64,000 bases of DNA from Candidatus Latescibacterota bacterium (lineage in GTDB: Bacteria; Latescibacterota; UBA2968; GCA-2709665): positions 4,192,001-4,256,000 of the forward strand of contig OZ242358.1 in NCBI GenBank assembly GCA_965208835.1, given 5' to 3'. The notes under the pieces were generated by a model, which made no database searches, was not told where the DNA came from, and worked only from the letters and a program-made list of their open reading frames with translations. The position numbers and the translations under genes were made by a program. This document shows, piece after piece, positions 49,797-60,151 of this stretch. The first letter of the stretch is position 1. Each line of letters opens with the position of its first letter.

Positions 49797-49812
49797 ACAT
49801 TCGAAAATGGCA

Positions 49813-50165
49813 TTGACACCCCCCACCGCATCAGCCGTCACCGGGCCCTTCGACCCTTCGACAGGCTCAGGGACCGCAAGCTCAGGGCAGCGCCTTCGAC
49901 ATTTGGACAAGCTCAATGCAAGCAAGCTCAGGGACCGGCACTGGGCAAGTTATGGGTCTCCCAATACCGGTTTAAAGACGTCCATTGAACCAAAAAACGC
50001 GTGGTCATTGAGCTTGTCGAAATGCCCGCTATTCAACAGCCCTTCGACAAGCTCAGGGCGGCGCCTTCGACCCTTCGCCGGGCCCTTCGACATTTCGACA
50101 GGCTCAATGCAAGCAGGCTCAGGGACCGGCTCGGCTTCTGCGACTCCCCCTCAAGGGGGGAGTAA
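49813..50165. repeat. expanded palindromic repeat with nested TTCGACA(A/G)GCTCA units
   Basis: same ends as 46883-46976; several units lie inside other units. Confidence 0.8.
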
Positions 50166-50213
50166 TGGTGGAAGGGCTATTCCATTCAGGCCCCTTCAGC
50201 AGTTGATTCTCTA

Positions 50214-51638
50214 ATGGAGTCCTATATGAAATGTGTTTTTGACCTCCGTCCTTGTGCCTTCATCGTATTGGGCGCTGTTCTGTGTCTGTCTGCCATTCCC
50301 TCCGAAGCGAGTACCGCGGATGGATCCCGGATGACCCTGGAGGCGTGTCTGAGGCAGGCCCTCTCCAGCAACCGCCAGCTGCAGGCCGCCGGGTTCGCGG
50401 CGGAGAAGGCGAACTGGGACCGGCGGAACGCGTGGTCGCAGTTCGCGCCGCGGGTCAGCTTCAACACGGAGGTCACGCGGATTGACGAGCAGACGCTGGC
50501 GGAGCGGGACTTTTCCAGGTATTTCCCTCCCGAGATCCCGGTACCGCGAGTGGCGTTCCGCACCTCCTATTACTCTTCGTTCCAGGCGCATATTCCGATC
50601 TTCGACGCCGAGCTGATCAACGGCCTGTCCGTTGCAACCACCGGTCAGGCCGCGGCCGAACGGACCCGGGAAGCCATACGGGACCGGATCCTGCTCCAGG
50701 TCACGTCAGGTTACCTGGAAGTGCTGAAACGCGGCGCGATGCTCGAACTGCAGCGTGAATTCCTCGTCCTCACCGGGCTGAACGTGCAGAAGGCCGAAAG
50801 GATGCACCGCGCGGGCAGATATTCGAAGCTGGACCTGCTGCGGTGGCAGGTGGAACACCAGGGGCAGAAGAGCAGCGTGGCCGCGGGCGAGTCCGCGTTG
50901 CGCGATGCGACGGTCCGCCTGCGCAGGCTGCTCAACCTCCGTACGCTGCACGCCGATGCGCTGGCAGACCGGATCCCGGACCGGCTCGAGGCCGAGGTAA
51001 CGCGGGTGGCCGCCCTGTCTGAAGCGGAAATCCGGAAGCTTGCGGGCGTCGACAGCCGCACGCTGGTGGGCGGAAACGCCATGCTTGCGGCCGCCGAACA
51101 GGACCGCGAACGCAGCCGCCTTGTCTACCGGGGGCAGTATTCGAGCTATCTTCCCGACGTATCTCTAAGCTATTCCTCGGCCTGGAGGAGAAACGATACG
51201 CCGGCGCTGGACGAATACAGACCCTCGACGGTCATGCTCAATCTGTCGGTGCCGCTGTTCACAGGGTTCCGCAATCTCTCGCGTCTTAAGTCCGCGCAAT
51301 ACAGTTACCGCGCTCAGGAGACGCGCTTCTCCGACCTGATCGACGAAACGCGGCAGACGCTCGGCGAAACGGTCAACCGGATCGTCAATCTGAAAACCCA
51401 GCGTGAGCTGATCAGAACCAGCCTGGACTTCAACGAGAACAACTACCGGATCGTCTCCCATGAAAAAGAAATGGGGCGGGTATCGAACCTGGAGGTGATC
51501 GACGCGAAGCTCAACCTTCAGAACGCCAGATTACTTGAGATTACGACACAATTCGACCTCACCTCGGCGGTGATCGAGCTGAGCTACCTGATGGGCGGCC
51601 TCGACGATCTGGTCGAGGAAATCGTGGAGTCAGAATGA
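50214..51638 (+). CDS. TolC family outer membrane efflux protein
   Basis: signal peptide, LEACL..AL..N, P.VS, LSVPLFTG, G.VS.LEV.DA; first gene of efflux operon. Confidence 0.88.
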   Translation: MESYMKCVFDLRPCAFIVLGAVLCLSAIPSEASTADGSRMTLEACLRQALSSNRQLQAAGFAAEKANWDRRNAWSQFAPRVSFNTEVTRIDEQTLAERDFSRYFPPEIPVPRVAFRTSYYSSFQAHIPIFDAELINGLSVATTGQAAAERTREAIRDRILLQVTSGYLEVLKRGAMLELQREFLVLTGLNVQKAERMHRAGRYSKLDLLRWQVEHQGQKSSVAAGESALRDATVRLRRLLNLRTLHADALADRIPDRLEAEVTRVAALSEAEIRKLAGVDSRTLVGGNAMLAAAEQDRERSRLVYRGQYSSYLPDVSLSYSSAWRRNDTPALDEYRPSTVMLNLSVPLFTGFRNLSRLKSAQYSYRAQETRFSDLIDETRQTLGETVNRIVNLKTQRELIRTSLDFNENNYRIVSHEKEMGRVSNLEVIDAKLNLQNARLLEITTQFDLTSAVIELSYLMGGLDDLVEEIVESE

Positions 51639-52744
51639 AATACAGGGATGTAGTCATCTGCGCCGGACTCGCGTTCTGCTTATACGTGATTTCGTGCGCA
51701 CCGCAGAAGGACGCCGATTCCGGCGTAACGGCCGACTCCGGCGTGGATACGGTGCGGGCGGTCCCGGTCAGGGCCAGGGTTGTACAGCAAGAACACGTTG
51801 AAGAGGCCGTTGAGGTCACCGGCGTGATCGCGCCGCACCGGGCGGTGGACGTGGTTGCGGAGGCCGGCGGCCGGTTGATACGCGTACCGGCTGGTCTGGG
51901 GCATCGCGTGACGGCGGGCGATACCCTCGCCGTAATCGACGACCGCGTGGCCGCAAGCCGGCTGGAACACGCGAAGGCGCAGGTCCTCTCCGCGCGGAAC
52001 AAGCTGAAGATCGCGCGGCTGAATTTCGAGAGCGACCGTCAACTCCTCGATTCGGGGGACATTTCCAGGCTGGCGTTCGAGACGTCCCGGTTTGCCGTCA
52101 AATCCGCGGAAGCCGAACTGAAATCGAACCAGGCGGAGCTGAGCCGCGCCCGGAAGGGATTTGAAGACACGCGGCTGACCAGCCCGATCGACGGATGGGT
52201 ATCCAGGAAGCACATCGAACTGGGCGCGATGATGTCGGTCGGCAAGGCAGCGTACCGGGTGGTCGATCTGACAACGATGAAGATCAAGCTCGGCATCCCT
52301 CAGACGGCCATCGGCCGCGTTACGCCGGGTGGGTCAGTACGCATCACCGTCGACGCGCTGGGAGGCCGGACCTTCGATGGGCACGTCCGTTACGTTTCCC
52401 CCCAGGCCGAGGAGGATACAGGCGCGTTTCCCGTGGAAGTCCACCTGCCGAATACGCCCGGCATGACCATTCGTGCGGGAATGGCGGCCCGTTGCCGGGT
52501 GATTCTGGGGGGTTCAGGCCTTCAGTTCGTCGTTCCCGGAAACGCTGTGGTCGCCAGGGACGGCAAAGCGTACGTCTATCGGATCTGGGACGGCATTGCG
52601 CGGCTCACCGAGGTGGAAACGCGGGAAACCTTCGGCGCCCACGTCGCCGTGGAAGCGGGCCTCGAGGAGGGGGATTCAATCGTCGTGGAAGGCATGAACC
52701 GCCTGGGCGCCGCAACGCATGTGACCGTTCGCCCCGTACAGTGA
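51635..52744 (+). CDS. RND efflux periplasmic adaptor (MFP)
   Basis: lipoyl-like G..V.AGD.L, SPIDG, GM..R, GLEEGD..V.EG; ATGA coupling. Confidence 0.9.
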   Translation: MKYRDVVICAGLAFCLYVISCAPQKDADSGVTADSGVDTVRAVPVRARVVQQEHVEEAVEVTGVIAPHRAVDVVAEAGGRLIRVPAGLGHRVTAGDTLAVIDDRVAASRLEHAKAQVLSARNKLKIARLNFESDRQLLDSGDISRLAFETSRFAVKSAEAELKSNQAELSRARKGFEDTRLTSPIDGWVSRKHIELGAMMSVGKAAYRVVDLTTMKIKLGIPQTAIGRVTPGGSVRITVDALGGRTFDGHVRYVSPQAEEDTGAFPVEVHLPNTPGMTIRAGMAARCRVILGGSGLQFVVPGNAVVARDGKAYVYRIWDGIARLTEVETRETFGAHVAVEAGLEEGDSIVVEGMNRLGAATHVTVRPVQ

Positions 52745-52779
52745 GTATAATGCGAGTCGAAGGGTGAGGCACTCCTGAT

Positions 52780-55700
52780 ATGTCGATAGCGAAATTTTCA
52801 GTCCGAAATCCGGTTTTTGTGAACCTGGTCATGGTCGGACTGTTCTGCTTTGGCGCCATCAGTCTCGTCAGCATGCCGCAGGAATTGAACCCTCAGATTG
52901 ACTTCAACTGGGTGATTGTCTCGATTCCGTACCCGGGCGCGAGTCCTGAAGAGGTGGAGAGCCTGATAGTAGAACCTGTCGAAGCGGAGATCCACGATCT
53001 GGACAAGCTCCATGAACTGCAGTCCTCTGCGGCCGAAGGGCTGGCCCTGTTCCTGATCAAATTCGAAGACATGTCGGAGTCGGAATTCAGGGAGATCTAC
53101 ACGGACCTCAAGGCGCGTATCGACAGGGTGGACCTTCCGGAAGAGGCCGAGGACCCGGACGTGGACGACTTCGACAGCGGCGATTTCCTGCCCATTCTCA
53201 CGGTCAACATGGCATATACGATTCCGGAAGAGAACGCGCAGATTGTCGCTGAGGATCTCGAAGAGGACCTGAAGAACATATCGGGTGTCGCCAGGAGCCA
53301 GGTTTCCGGCCTTCCCGAGCGTGAAATCTGGATCGAGGTGGACCCCACCAGGCTGACTGCCCGCGGTCTGTCGGTCCTGGACGTGGTCCGGGCGCTGCAG
53401 GCGAGGAACCTGAACGTGCCCGGGGGTACCCTCACCTACCGTGCAAAGGAATACGCGATCCGGTCCCTGGCCGAGTACCGGAGCGTGGAGGAGATTCGCG
53501 AGACGATCATCCGGGCGGCGCCGGGCGGGGAGACCGTAAGAATCCGTGACGTCGCGAGGGTCAGGGACCGCCGCGAAGAGCCCAGGGTGCTTTCCCGGCT
53601 GAACGGCGAACCTTCAATCACCTTCTCTTTGTCGAAGACGACCGACGCCAATACGAACGACGTCATCCTGGCCGTCAAGGAAACGGTCAGCCGCTATGAG
53701 GAACGGGTACCGGACGGAATCAGCTTCAGCTTTACCGACGACAATTCCGTGTACATCAACCGGGTGATCGTGGCGCTCCGGAACAACGCAATCACCGGGA
53801 TGATCCTCATATCACTCGTTCTATGGCTCTTCCTGGGGTCCTGGAACGCCTTCCTCGCGACGCTCGGCATACCCATCTCATTCTTTATTACCTTCATCCT
53901 TTTGAGCTTTTCCGGTTACACCATCAACGGGAGCACGCTGTTCGCCATGGTGATGGTGCTGGGCATCATCGTGGATGACGCCATCATCGTGATCGAGAAC
54001 TGTCACCGGTACCGGCTGCAGGGACACAGCGCCAGCGAATCCGCGGTCCTCGGGACGAACGAGGTGACAAAGCCGATCCTCAGTTCGGTGGGCACCAACG
54101 TCGCCGCGTTCCTTCCGTTGATCCTTCTGCCGGACGTGATGGGCAAGTTCATGCGAGTCATCCCGCTGACCTTCGCGCTGGCGCTGGCCGCCTCCGTATT
54201 CGAGGCGTTCGTCCTTCTGCCCTCCCACTATGCGGAATGGACCCGGCGGTCCAATGCCCACAAGCGGGGGGAACAGCCGTTCTTCAGGAGGCTCCGCAGG
54301 ATCTACAGTCGTCTGCTGGTCCGTACGCTGCGGCGGCGCTACTGGGTCATCGGATGCCTCGTCGCCGTGCTGGCCGGCGCTGTGATGCTCATCCCGCTTC
54401 TCGGGGTGGATTTCTATTCCGGCGAGGAATTCGACGCGTTCAAGGTACTCATCAAGTTCCCTGAAGGAACCAGCCTGGAGGAGTCGGACCGCGTCACCCG
54501 CGCCTACGAGGCAGAGGCGCTCCGGCTTTCCGACGAGGACGTCGCGGGCGTGGTCACCAACGTCGGCCTGCTGCAGAGCAACACCGAGTGGGTGACCCGA
54601 AAGAGCGTCTCCCAGGTCATCGTTCAGCTTCGGCCCAGGGAAGAGCGCGCGAGAGTTTCGGACGACCTGATCGCCGTGCTCCGGAAGCGCACGGAGCACA
54701 TCGCCGGACCCGCGTCCGTTGTCTTCGAAAAATTCACCGGCGGACCCCCTGAAGGCAAGCCCATTTCGGTGAAGGTTCAGGGCCGCTATCTCGATCGCAT
54801 GAAGGAAGCGGCGCTTGCGCTTCAGGACTCGCTGCGCCGGATCCCGGGCACGCTCGAGATAACAGACGACTTCCCGCCGGGCAAGGACGCGATCCGGATC
54901 GAAGTGGACGAAGTGCGCGCGGCCCTGTACGGGTTCTCGGCGCAGGAGGTCGCCCTGAACGTCCGATACGCGTTCGACGGCGTGGAGGCGACGAAATTCA
55001 GGGACGGAGACGAAGAGGTTGGCGTCATCGTGCAGTACGACCGGAAGGAACGGTCGGCTGTAGAAGACGTGCTGAACGTGCAGGTAACGAACTCGAGCGG
55101 CAGCACGGTGGCGCTGCGGGACATGGTCTCGTTCTCGATCGGCCCGGGCCGGACGCAGATTCAGCGCTTCGACCAGAAGCGGACCATCTTCGTCACCGGG
55201 GAAGTCGATGAGGCCGAAACGTCACTGGATCAGATCAACGCCAGAATGCTCGAGATCTTTCCTTCGATCGAGGCGCACTACTCCGACGTGAGCTTCGTGA
55301 TCGGGGGCGAATTCACGGATTTCATGGAAGCGTTCGAAGATATCGCGGCTCTTTTCGTCATCAGCGTGATCCTGATGTTTGTGATTCTCGGGTCGCAGTT
55401 CAACTCGTACGCGCAGCCGCTGGTCATCCTGACTGCAGTGCCGTTCGCGATCATCGGCGCGCTGCTCGGCCTACTGATTTCGGGGAATCCGTTCAGTCTG
55501 ACCGCAATGTTCGGGTTTGTCGGGCTGGCGGGTATTGTTGTAAACGACGCCATTGTCATGGTCGCATTCATCAACAGGCGACGCCGAAAGGACGGCTCCG
55601 TGACGAACATCTGGCGGAGCATCGTCAACGCGGGACGACTGAGGCTGCGACCGATCATCCTGACGTCGGTAACGACGATATCGGGCCTGCTGCCCATGGC

Positions 55701-55890
55701 GATCGGCATCGGAGGGAAGTCGGCCCTCTGGTCGCCGCTGGCAAACGTCATCCTTTTCGGATTGCTGGTTTCGACAATCCTGACGTTATTTGTCATCCCG
55801 TGCTTCATGGCGGCACTGGACGACATCAAACGCGTGCGAAGAAAAGCGCGGCAGAGGGCGGATCGACCAGGTATTGAAACGCCTGCGTAA
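52780..55890 (+). CDS. RND efflux permease (AcrB/AcrD/AcrF family)
   Basis: YPGASPEEVE, GIIVDDAI, GIVVNDAI, RLRPI; 1036 aa. Confidence 0.94.
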   Translation: MSIAKFSVRNPVFVNLVMVGLFCFGAISLVSMPQELNPQIDFNWVIVSIPYPGASPEEVESLIVEPVEAEIHDLDKLHELQSSAAEGLALFLIKFEDMSESEFREIYTDLKARIDRVDLPEEAEDPDVDDFDSGDFLPILTVNMAYTIPEENAQIVAEDLEEDLKNISGVARSQVSGLPEREIWIEVDPTRLTARGLSVLDVVRALQARNLNVPGGTLTYRAKEYAIRSLAEYRSVEEIRETIIRAAPGGETVRIRDVARVRDRREEPRVLSRLNGEPSITFSLSKTTDANTNDVILAVKETVSRYEERVPDGISFSFTDDNSVYINRVIVALRNNAITGMILISLVLWLFLGSWNAFLATLGIPISFFITFILLSFSGYTINGSTLFAMVMVLGIIVDDAIIVIENCHRYRLQGHSASESAVLGTNEVTKPILSSVGTNVAAFLPLILLPDVMGKFMRVIPLTFALALAASVFEAFVLLPSHYAEWTRRSNAHKRGEQPFFRRLRRIYSRLLVRTLRRRYWVIGCLVAVLAGAVMLIPLLGVDFYSGEEFDAFKVLIKFPEGTSLEESDRVTRAYEAEALRLSDEDVAGVVTNVGLLQSNTEWVTRKSVSQVIVQLRPREERARVSDDLIAVLRKRTEHIAGPASVVFEKFTGGPPEGKPISVKVQGRYLDRMKEAALALQDSLRRIPGTLEITDDFPPGKDAIRIEVDEVRAALYGFSAQEVALNVRYAFDGVEATKFRDGDEEVGVIVQYDRKERSAVEDVLNVQVTNSSGSTVALRDMVSFSIGPGRTQIQRFDQKRTIFVTGEVDEAETSLDQINARMLEIFPSIEAHYSDVSFVIGGEFTDFMEAFEDIAALFVISVILMFVILGSQFNSYAQPLVILTAVPFAIIGALLGLLISGNPFSLTAMFGFVGLAGIVVNDAIVMVAFINRRRRKDGSVTNIWRSIVNAGRLRLRPIILTSVTTISGLLPMAIGIGGKSALWSPLANVILFGLLVSTILTLFVIPCFMAALDDIKRVRRKARQRADRPGIETPA

Positions 55891-55944
55891 CGGCTGTTGG
55901 AATCGTATCGTCGGCAACAGAGTGGCGTCCGATGCGGGACGATC

Positions 55945-57306
55945 TCACTTTTCGTACCTCGACCAGAAGCTTGTTTTTCGACCGTGGTTCTCTCGCAGTA
56001 CCTGCGTGTACTCACGATGAGGCGAAATATTCCTCCAGTCATGGATCCGGAGATCGAGTGTATCCAGTTTCTTTAGATAACGCACACCGTGAGTGTAGTA
56101 TTTGGACTTACCCCGCCTAAGGATAGAATCCAGGAGTGCGCGGTAGAGAACACTTGCCGTGACCCATCGCCTGCTCGCTTCCATGTGATCCGCCAATGGC
56201 AGAAGGCTTGTATAGTAATCGCCATCAATCAGTTCCCTTCTATCCAGCAAGTAGGATTCAGCCTCGTCAAGATGATTGATTTCAATCAAAAACGTCGCGT
56301 CTGAATAGGAAAGGTGGTCGGATTCAAGGATGGCTTGAATCTCACCCTCGATCACCTGATCGCGCAGGTCTTCACCGATTGCATCCAGAAGACATGCGAG
56401 GGTATGTTCGGTGCGATCACGACGGAATATGCGCCAGGCGACGCTCTCCAATTTCTCCTGGTCGCCGATTGTCTTGTATATGGTCAACAACAGGTCGTCT
56501 TGTTCGTGAACTTTGAAATGGTCTCTATTCGGAATCCTGCGAAGCCATTTCAGCGCCGTTTGCGCGTCTCCTGTTTCGAGATAGATCCGGGCAATGTCAA
56601 TACAGGCGGCCGCGGAGAGTTCGGGCCAAAGAGCCAATCGGGCTTTCTCGTAGAGTGGTGCATCTTTCATCTGACGCGCAAGGTTTTCAACGCCTGAAAT
56701 CCAGTGCAGGGTTCTGTCTTCGTCAGTCTCCTTTCTGGACAGATCCCACAGACGATCTACCATACTTCGCATTGCCTCGTCGGGCAAATACTCCGACGCG
56801 CATTGAAACAGTGTATCACGAACCCCGTACTCATCCTCCCTGTTTAATTCCAGAACCAGATCTGTTATCTCCTCTTTGTCGTCGCAGTTGGCGGCAAACG
56901 AAACAAACAGATTGCTGGCGTCAATCCGAAATATGTCACCAATGTTGCCGTAAGAATCGTCACATTGCCTGAAAATCGCGTCATCCGCTTTGTAGAATTC
57001 AACCACCAGCCTTACGCCCATCAGGTAGTCGTGGATTCCTGCCCGTAGATCCTGGAGCAGACCTCTGAGTTCATCAGCGAAAGCAAACGACGCGCCGCGA
57101 CCCAGAAAACGGCGGCGGCGTTTGATCCCGGCCAACTTTGCCTTGAAGCGTTTGGTATTCTCTTGTGGAGTCGCCGTCAACCGCTTGACGATCGCTTCTG
57201 CATCTCGATGCCGGTCTGCAAGATTCAACAGGACATCCGTGAGACGTTCCGGTCCCAGTTCTATCAGCCGGTTTCTCGTATCTGTATTCTTCTTTTTGTC
57301 GTGCAT
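55945..57306 (-). CDS. hypothetical all-helical protein (DUF6880-like)
   Basis: start MHDKKK at 57306; LGPERL, CDDSYG.IG..F, HGRK.SFW motifs. Confidence 0.7.
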   Translation of the reverse strand: MHDKKKNTDTRNRLIELGPERLTDVLLNLADRHRDAEAIVKRLTATPQENTKRFKAKLAGIKRRRRFLGRGASFAFADELRGLLQDLRAGIHDYLMGVRLVVEFYKADDAIFRQCDDSYGNIGDIFRIDASNLFVSFAANCDDKEEITDLVLELNREDEYGVRDTLFQCASEYLPDEAMRSMVDRLWDLSRKETDEDRTLHWISGVENLARQMKDAPLYEKARLALWPELSAAACIDIARIYLETGDAQTALKWLRRIPNRDHFKVHEQDDLLLTIYKTIGDQEKLESVAWRIFRRDRTEHTLACLLDAIGEDLRDQVIEGEIQAILESDHLSYSDATFLIEINHLDEAESYLLDRRELIDGDYYTSLLPLADHMEASRRWVTASVLYRALLDSILRRGKSKYYTHGVRYLKKLDTLDLRIHDWRNISPHREYTQVLRENHGRKTSFWSRYEK

Positions 57307-57394
57307 GGTCACACCTGTCCGAAAACGGGTCTGATTCACTACGAAAGTCGCGAAAATGCGCGAAATGTATCCTTCACACTTTAGCCCGAATGTT

Positions 57395-57820
57395 ATGCAG
57401 AGGACTTGCCCTGAGCCTGTCGAAGGGTGCCGAAAGGCTGGCCAGGCGTCCGCGCACAGGTTCGTCTTCAATGGGCATGTGCTACACGTCCAATCGAGAA
57501 TACGGGAGATTCTTCGACTCCGCTCAGAATGACATGTTTTGCAATAGCCACTGGTGAAACGCTTAGCCCACACCTTCGCCAAAACTGTCATCCAGAGGAC
57601 TTGCACTGAGCCCGTCGAAGTGGCCTGCGTACGACGTCGGCGAAACACGTCTGTTACACGTAAGAGCACACTGTAATGCAGAGCAGGCCGACGAAGGATC
57701 TACTGCAGCATGGGATCATCCCGTTCGGTTTGCACGTTTCGATGCCTGAGAGGCAGCACGTCCGCCCCTTCGCGGCACGGAAGCGGTGAAAGATGCTTCG
57801 ACTCTGCTCAGAATGGCATG
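57395..57820. repeat. cluster of short TTCGAC...GCTCA palindromes
   Basis: CCCTGAGCCTGTCGAAGGG (57409), TTCTTCGACTCCGCTCAGAA (57510), ACTGAGCCCGTCGAAGT (57606), CTTCGACTCTGCTCAG (57796). Confidence 0.65.
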
Positions 57821-58058
57821 TATTGCAACAAACGTGAACCCATGGCAACCTGGTTTTCGTTATCGGGGTCAAACCCGCACATAATCGCCAATCGAATCCA
57901 CTCTTCGAACTTCATCTCCAGGAATCCCACGATTCTTGGACAGCAGTGGTGCGTGGTGTTTTCCAAAGCTTGTCCATTGACGTCTGAGTTGCTGCCCGCG
58001 GCTTTACCATCTTCAATATAGCGTCCATCTCACATAGAGACAAGGATCCGTGTTGTAA

Positions 58059-58220
58059 GAAGCTGTTTTAAAATTACCGGTGAGTTCCCGAGCGCGAGCG
58101 AAAAAGTGGCGGTCAAGGCGGGAAAACCCGCCCATATTTGTCTATACGGGTGGGTTTGACCAACGCCGACCGGCGCTTTTGCAGTCGCGCGAAGACCGCT
58201 GGGAATTTTAAGACAGCTTC
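58059..58220. mobile_element. 162-bp MITE with 17-bp terminal inverted repeats and TAA target duplication
   Basis: GAAGCTGTTTTAAAATT ... AATTTTAAGACAGCTTC (1 mismatch); TAA at 58056-58058 and 58221-58223. Confidence 0.8.
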
Positions 58221-58633
58221 TAAGTTCCTGAATCGACGATCGGTCTTGTGCTTTTTTGTTTTTCACCGCAAGACGAGAGAGTTCAAATCGCGGTTAGGCG
58301 GAATTGGTCGAGACGTACACGGGACGCCGCCACGACGCTGGGATTCACCTGTCAACACCGACGCTAAGAAGCGCACCGCGAAGACTCAGTGCGGCTATAA
58401 TTCCGGTTAAATTGGACTTTTCACCAGCTTGCGTATATTTTAATCCAGACTCCAGGCATACCGGCGGTCTCAGAACTCGTCTGCGTGATGCGATTCAATA
58501 TTGATGCATGGTGGAATGGCCTCACGGTCGGCACGTGATCAGGCGACGGACCGGCGTTCACTTTAATAAACATCAGGGAAATCGAAGGCTGACTGCGGAA
58601 ATTTAGATTCACGTTATTGCGAGGTTGGATAAC

Positions 58634-58855
58634 ATGCATAACAGAGCGACCGACGTTCCGGCTCAAGAGACGCCGATTTCACAGTCATTTTGGAAATCGC
58701 CGTCAATACAGGAGTTGGCGCGTTCCCAAAACGTGCAGCCAATGGCGAACGTAAGGACGCTGTTCGGAACCTGGTCGGACGAGGAAAACGACGGGTTCGA
58801 GGCTGCTATCGACGAACTGCGACGTCGTGACGTCAAGACTGGTACTCGGCCATGA
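58634..58855 (+). CDS. small hypothetical protein, antitoxin-like
   Basis: GAGG RBS; FWKSPSIQELA..Q.V.P...LFGTW...DGFEAAIDELR. Confidence 0.55.
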   Translation: MHNRATDVPAQETPISQSFWKSPSIQELARSQNVQPMANVRTLFGTWSDEENDGFEAAIDELRRRDVKTGTRP

Positions 58856-58964
58856 GCGGACCCTGGGTTATCCGCAATACGAATATCAGCAGAAAAACCC
58901 GTTTGCAATAGAACCATTTCAGGGAAATCGATGGCAAGACCACCGAAGTGGAAGGGAGGCCAAA

Positions 58965-59858
58965 TTGGCACTGTCAGAAGCGGAAATGAGACAATACGAG
59001 GAACAGGGCGCCGTCACTGTCGACAGCCCGTTTACAACCGCCGAGCTCAACCGGGCCGAAGCCGCGTGGGACCGTCTTACGGAAAGCGGGCGTCCGTTCT
59101 ACGAAGAACCGGACTACCTTGACGTCTTCCAGCACCCCTACTTCGAGGAAGTGGCCCTGGACGTTCTGCGGGCTAACGCCGTACATCTGTGGTGGGGCGT
59201 GTCCCCCCACGGCCGTTCCCCAGCCAAAGCGCCTTTCGGGAGCGTGCGAGACCAGTGGGCCGGAGGATGCCACACCGACATCCAGGCCACGTGGGACGAC
59301 TTCCAGGCGACGCCCCGCAGGATGCGCGCCGAGCTCTGGTTCTGGCTCAACGACGTGCCGGAGCATCGCGGCGCGATGCGCATACTTCCAGGCAGTCACC
59401 GGCCCATCATGGAATACTGGAACCGTGTCCTGACTCCGGAGCATAAGGCTATGCTGCCTCGCGTTCACGGCGTGCGCCCGGATCCTCCGGAAGGCGCGCC
59501 GGCTTATCCGGAGCATGTCCCCGATCTGACTGATTCGCCCTGGCTGGAGCAGGAACCGACACCCATGGTGGCGCGCAGGGGGCAGTTGCTGATTCTGTGC
59601 AGTTCCGGCCTGCACTCGGCCTGGCAGAATGAGGACACGGTTCCTCGAAAAGCAATGCTCTCGGCCTGGGCACCCTCCGGCGTTCCGTGCGGACTCCCGA
59701 ACGGCCAGCGCGACGCGCTGATGGATTTCTTCCCGAAGCTGCGTCGAAACCTGCGGGCCGACCGGGCGCACATCGTTCCGGAGGACTTCGACTGGCTCTT
59801 CGAGTCCAACTACGAGCCGAAGTGGCCCGAGACGTTTATCGGGACTTCGACCGGATAA
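58965..59858 (+). CDS. phytanoyl-CoA dioxygenase family (Fe/2OG) protein
   Basis: TTG after GGGAGG; HTD, W.WLNDV, GAMRILPGSH, LHSA..N....PR. Confidence 0.85.
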   Translation: MALSEAEMRQYEEQGAVTVDSPFTTAELNRAEAAWDRLTESGRPFYEEPDYLDVFQHPYFEEVALDVLRANAVHLWWGVSPHGRSPAKAPFGSVRDQWAGGCHTDIQATWDDFQATPRRMRAELWFWLNDVPEHRGAMRILPGSHRPIMEYWNRVLTPEHKAMLPRVHGVRPDPPEGAPAYPEHVPDLTDSPWLEQEPTPMVARRGQLLILCSSGLHSAWQNEDTVPRKAMLSAWAPSGVPCGLPNGQRDALMDFFPKLRRNLRADRAHIVPEDFDWLFESNYEPKWPETFIGTSTG

Positions 59859-59864
59859 CACAAA

Positions 59865-60085
59865 CTTACATGGATGGACAGGATAAACAGGATGAAAGTC
59901 AAAATCGACCAGGATTAAGCAGGATTAAAAACCAGAGGCGGAATTGAGCAGGATTTGAAACAAAAAGCAACATCAAGACCTGCCGCAGGAAAAGGGCCAA
60001 AACCGACCAGGATTAGGCAGGATTTGAAACAAAGAGCAGGGTCAAAACCGATCGCGATGGACAGGATAAAAAACCAGGATTGGGA
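59865..60085 (+). repeat. dispersed 9-10-mer CAGGAT repeats
   Basis: ACAGGATAA ACAGGATGA, CCAGGATTAA GCAGGATTAA and others; about ten CAGGAT-like cores. Confidence 0.65.
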
Positions 60086-60151
60086 TCACACCTGGCACGA
60101 GCGTGGTGCGATCGACGGCAATCAGCCCTCTTTCGCGGCACGACACACCGA

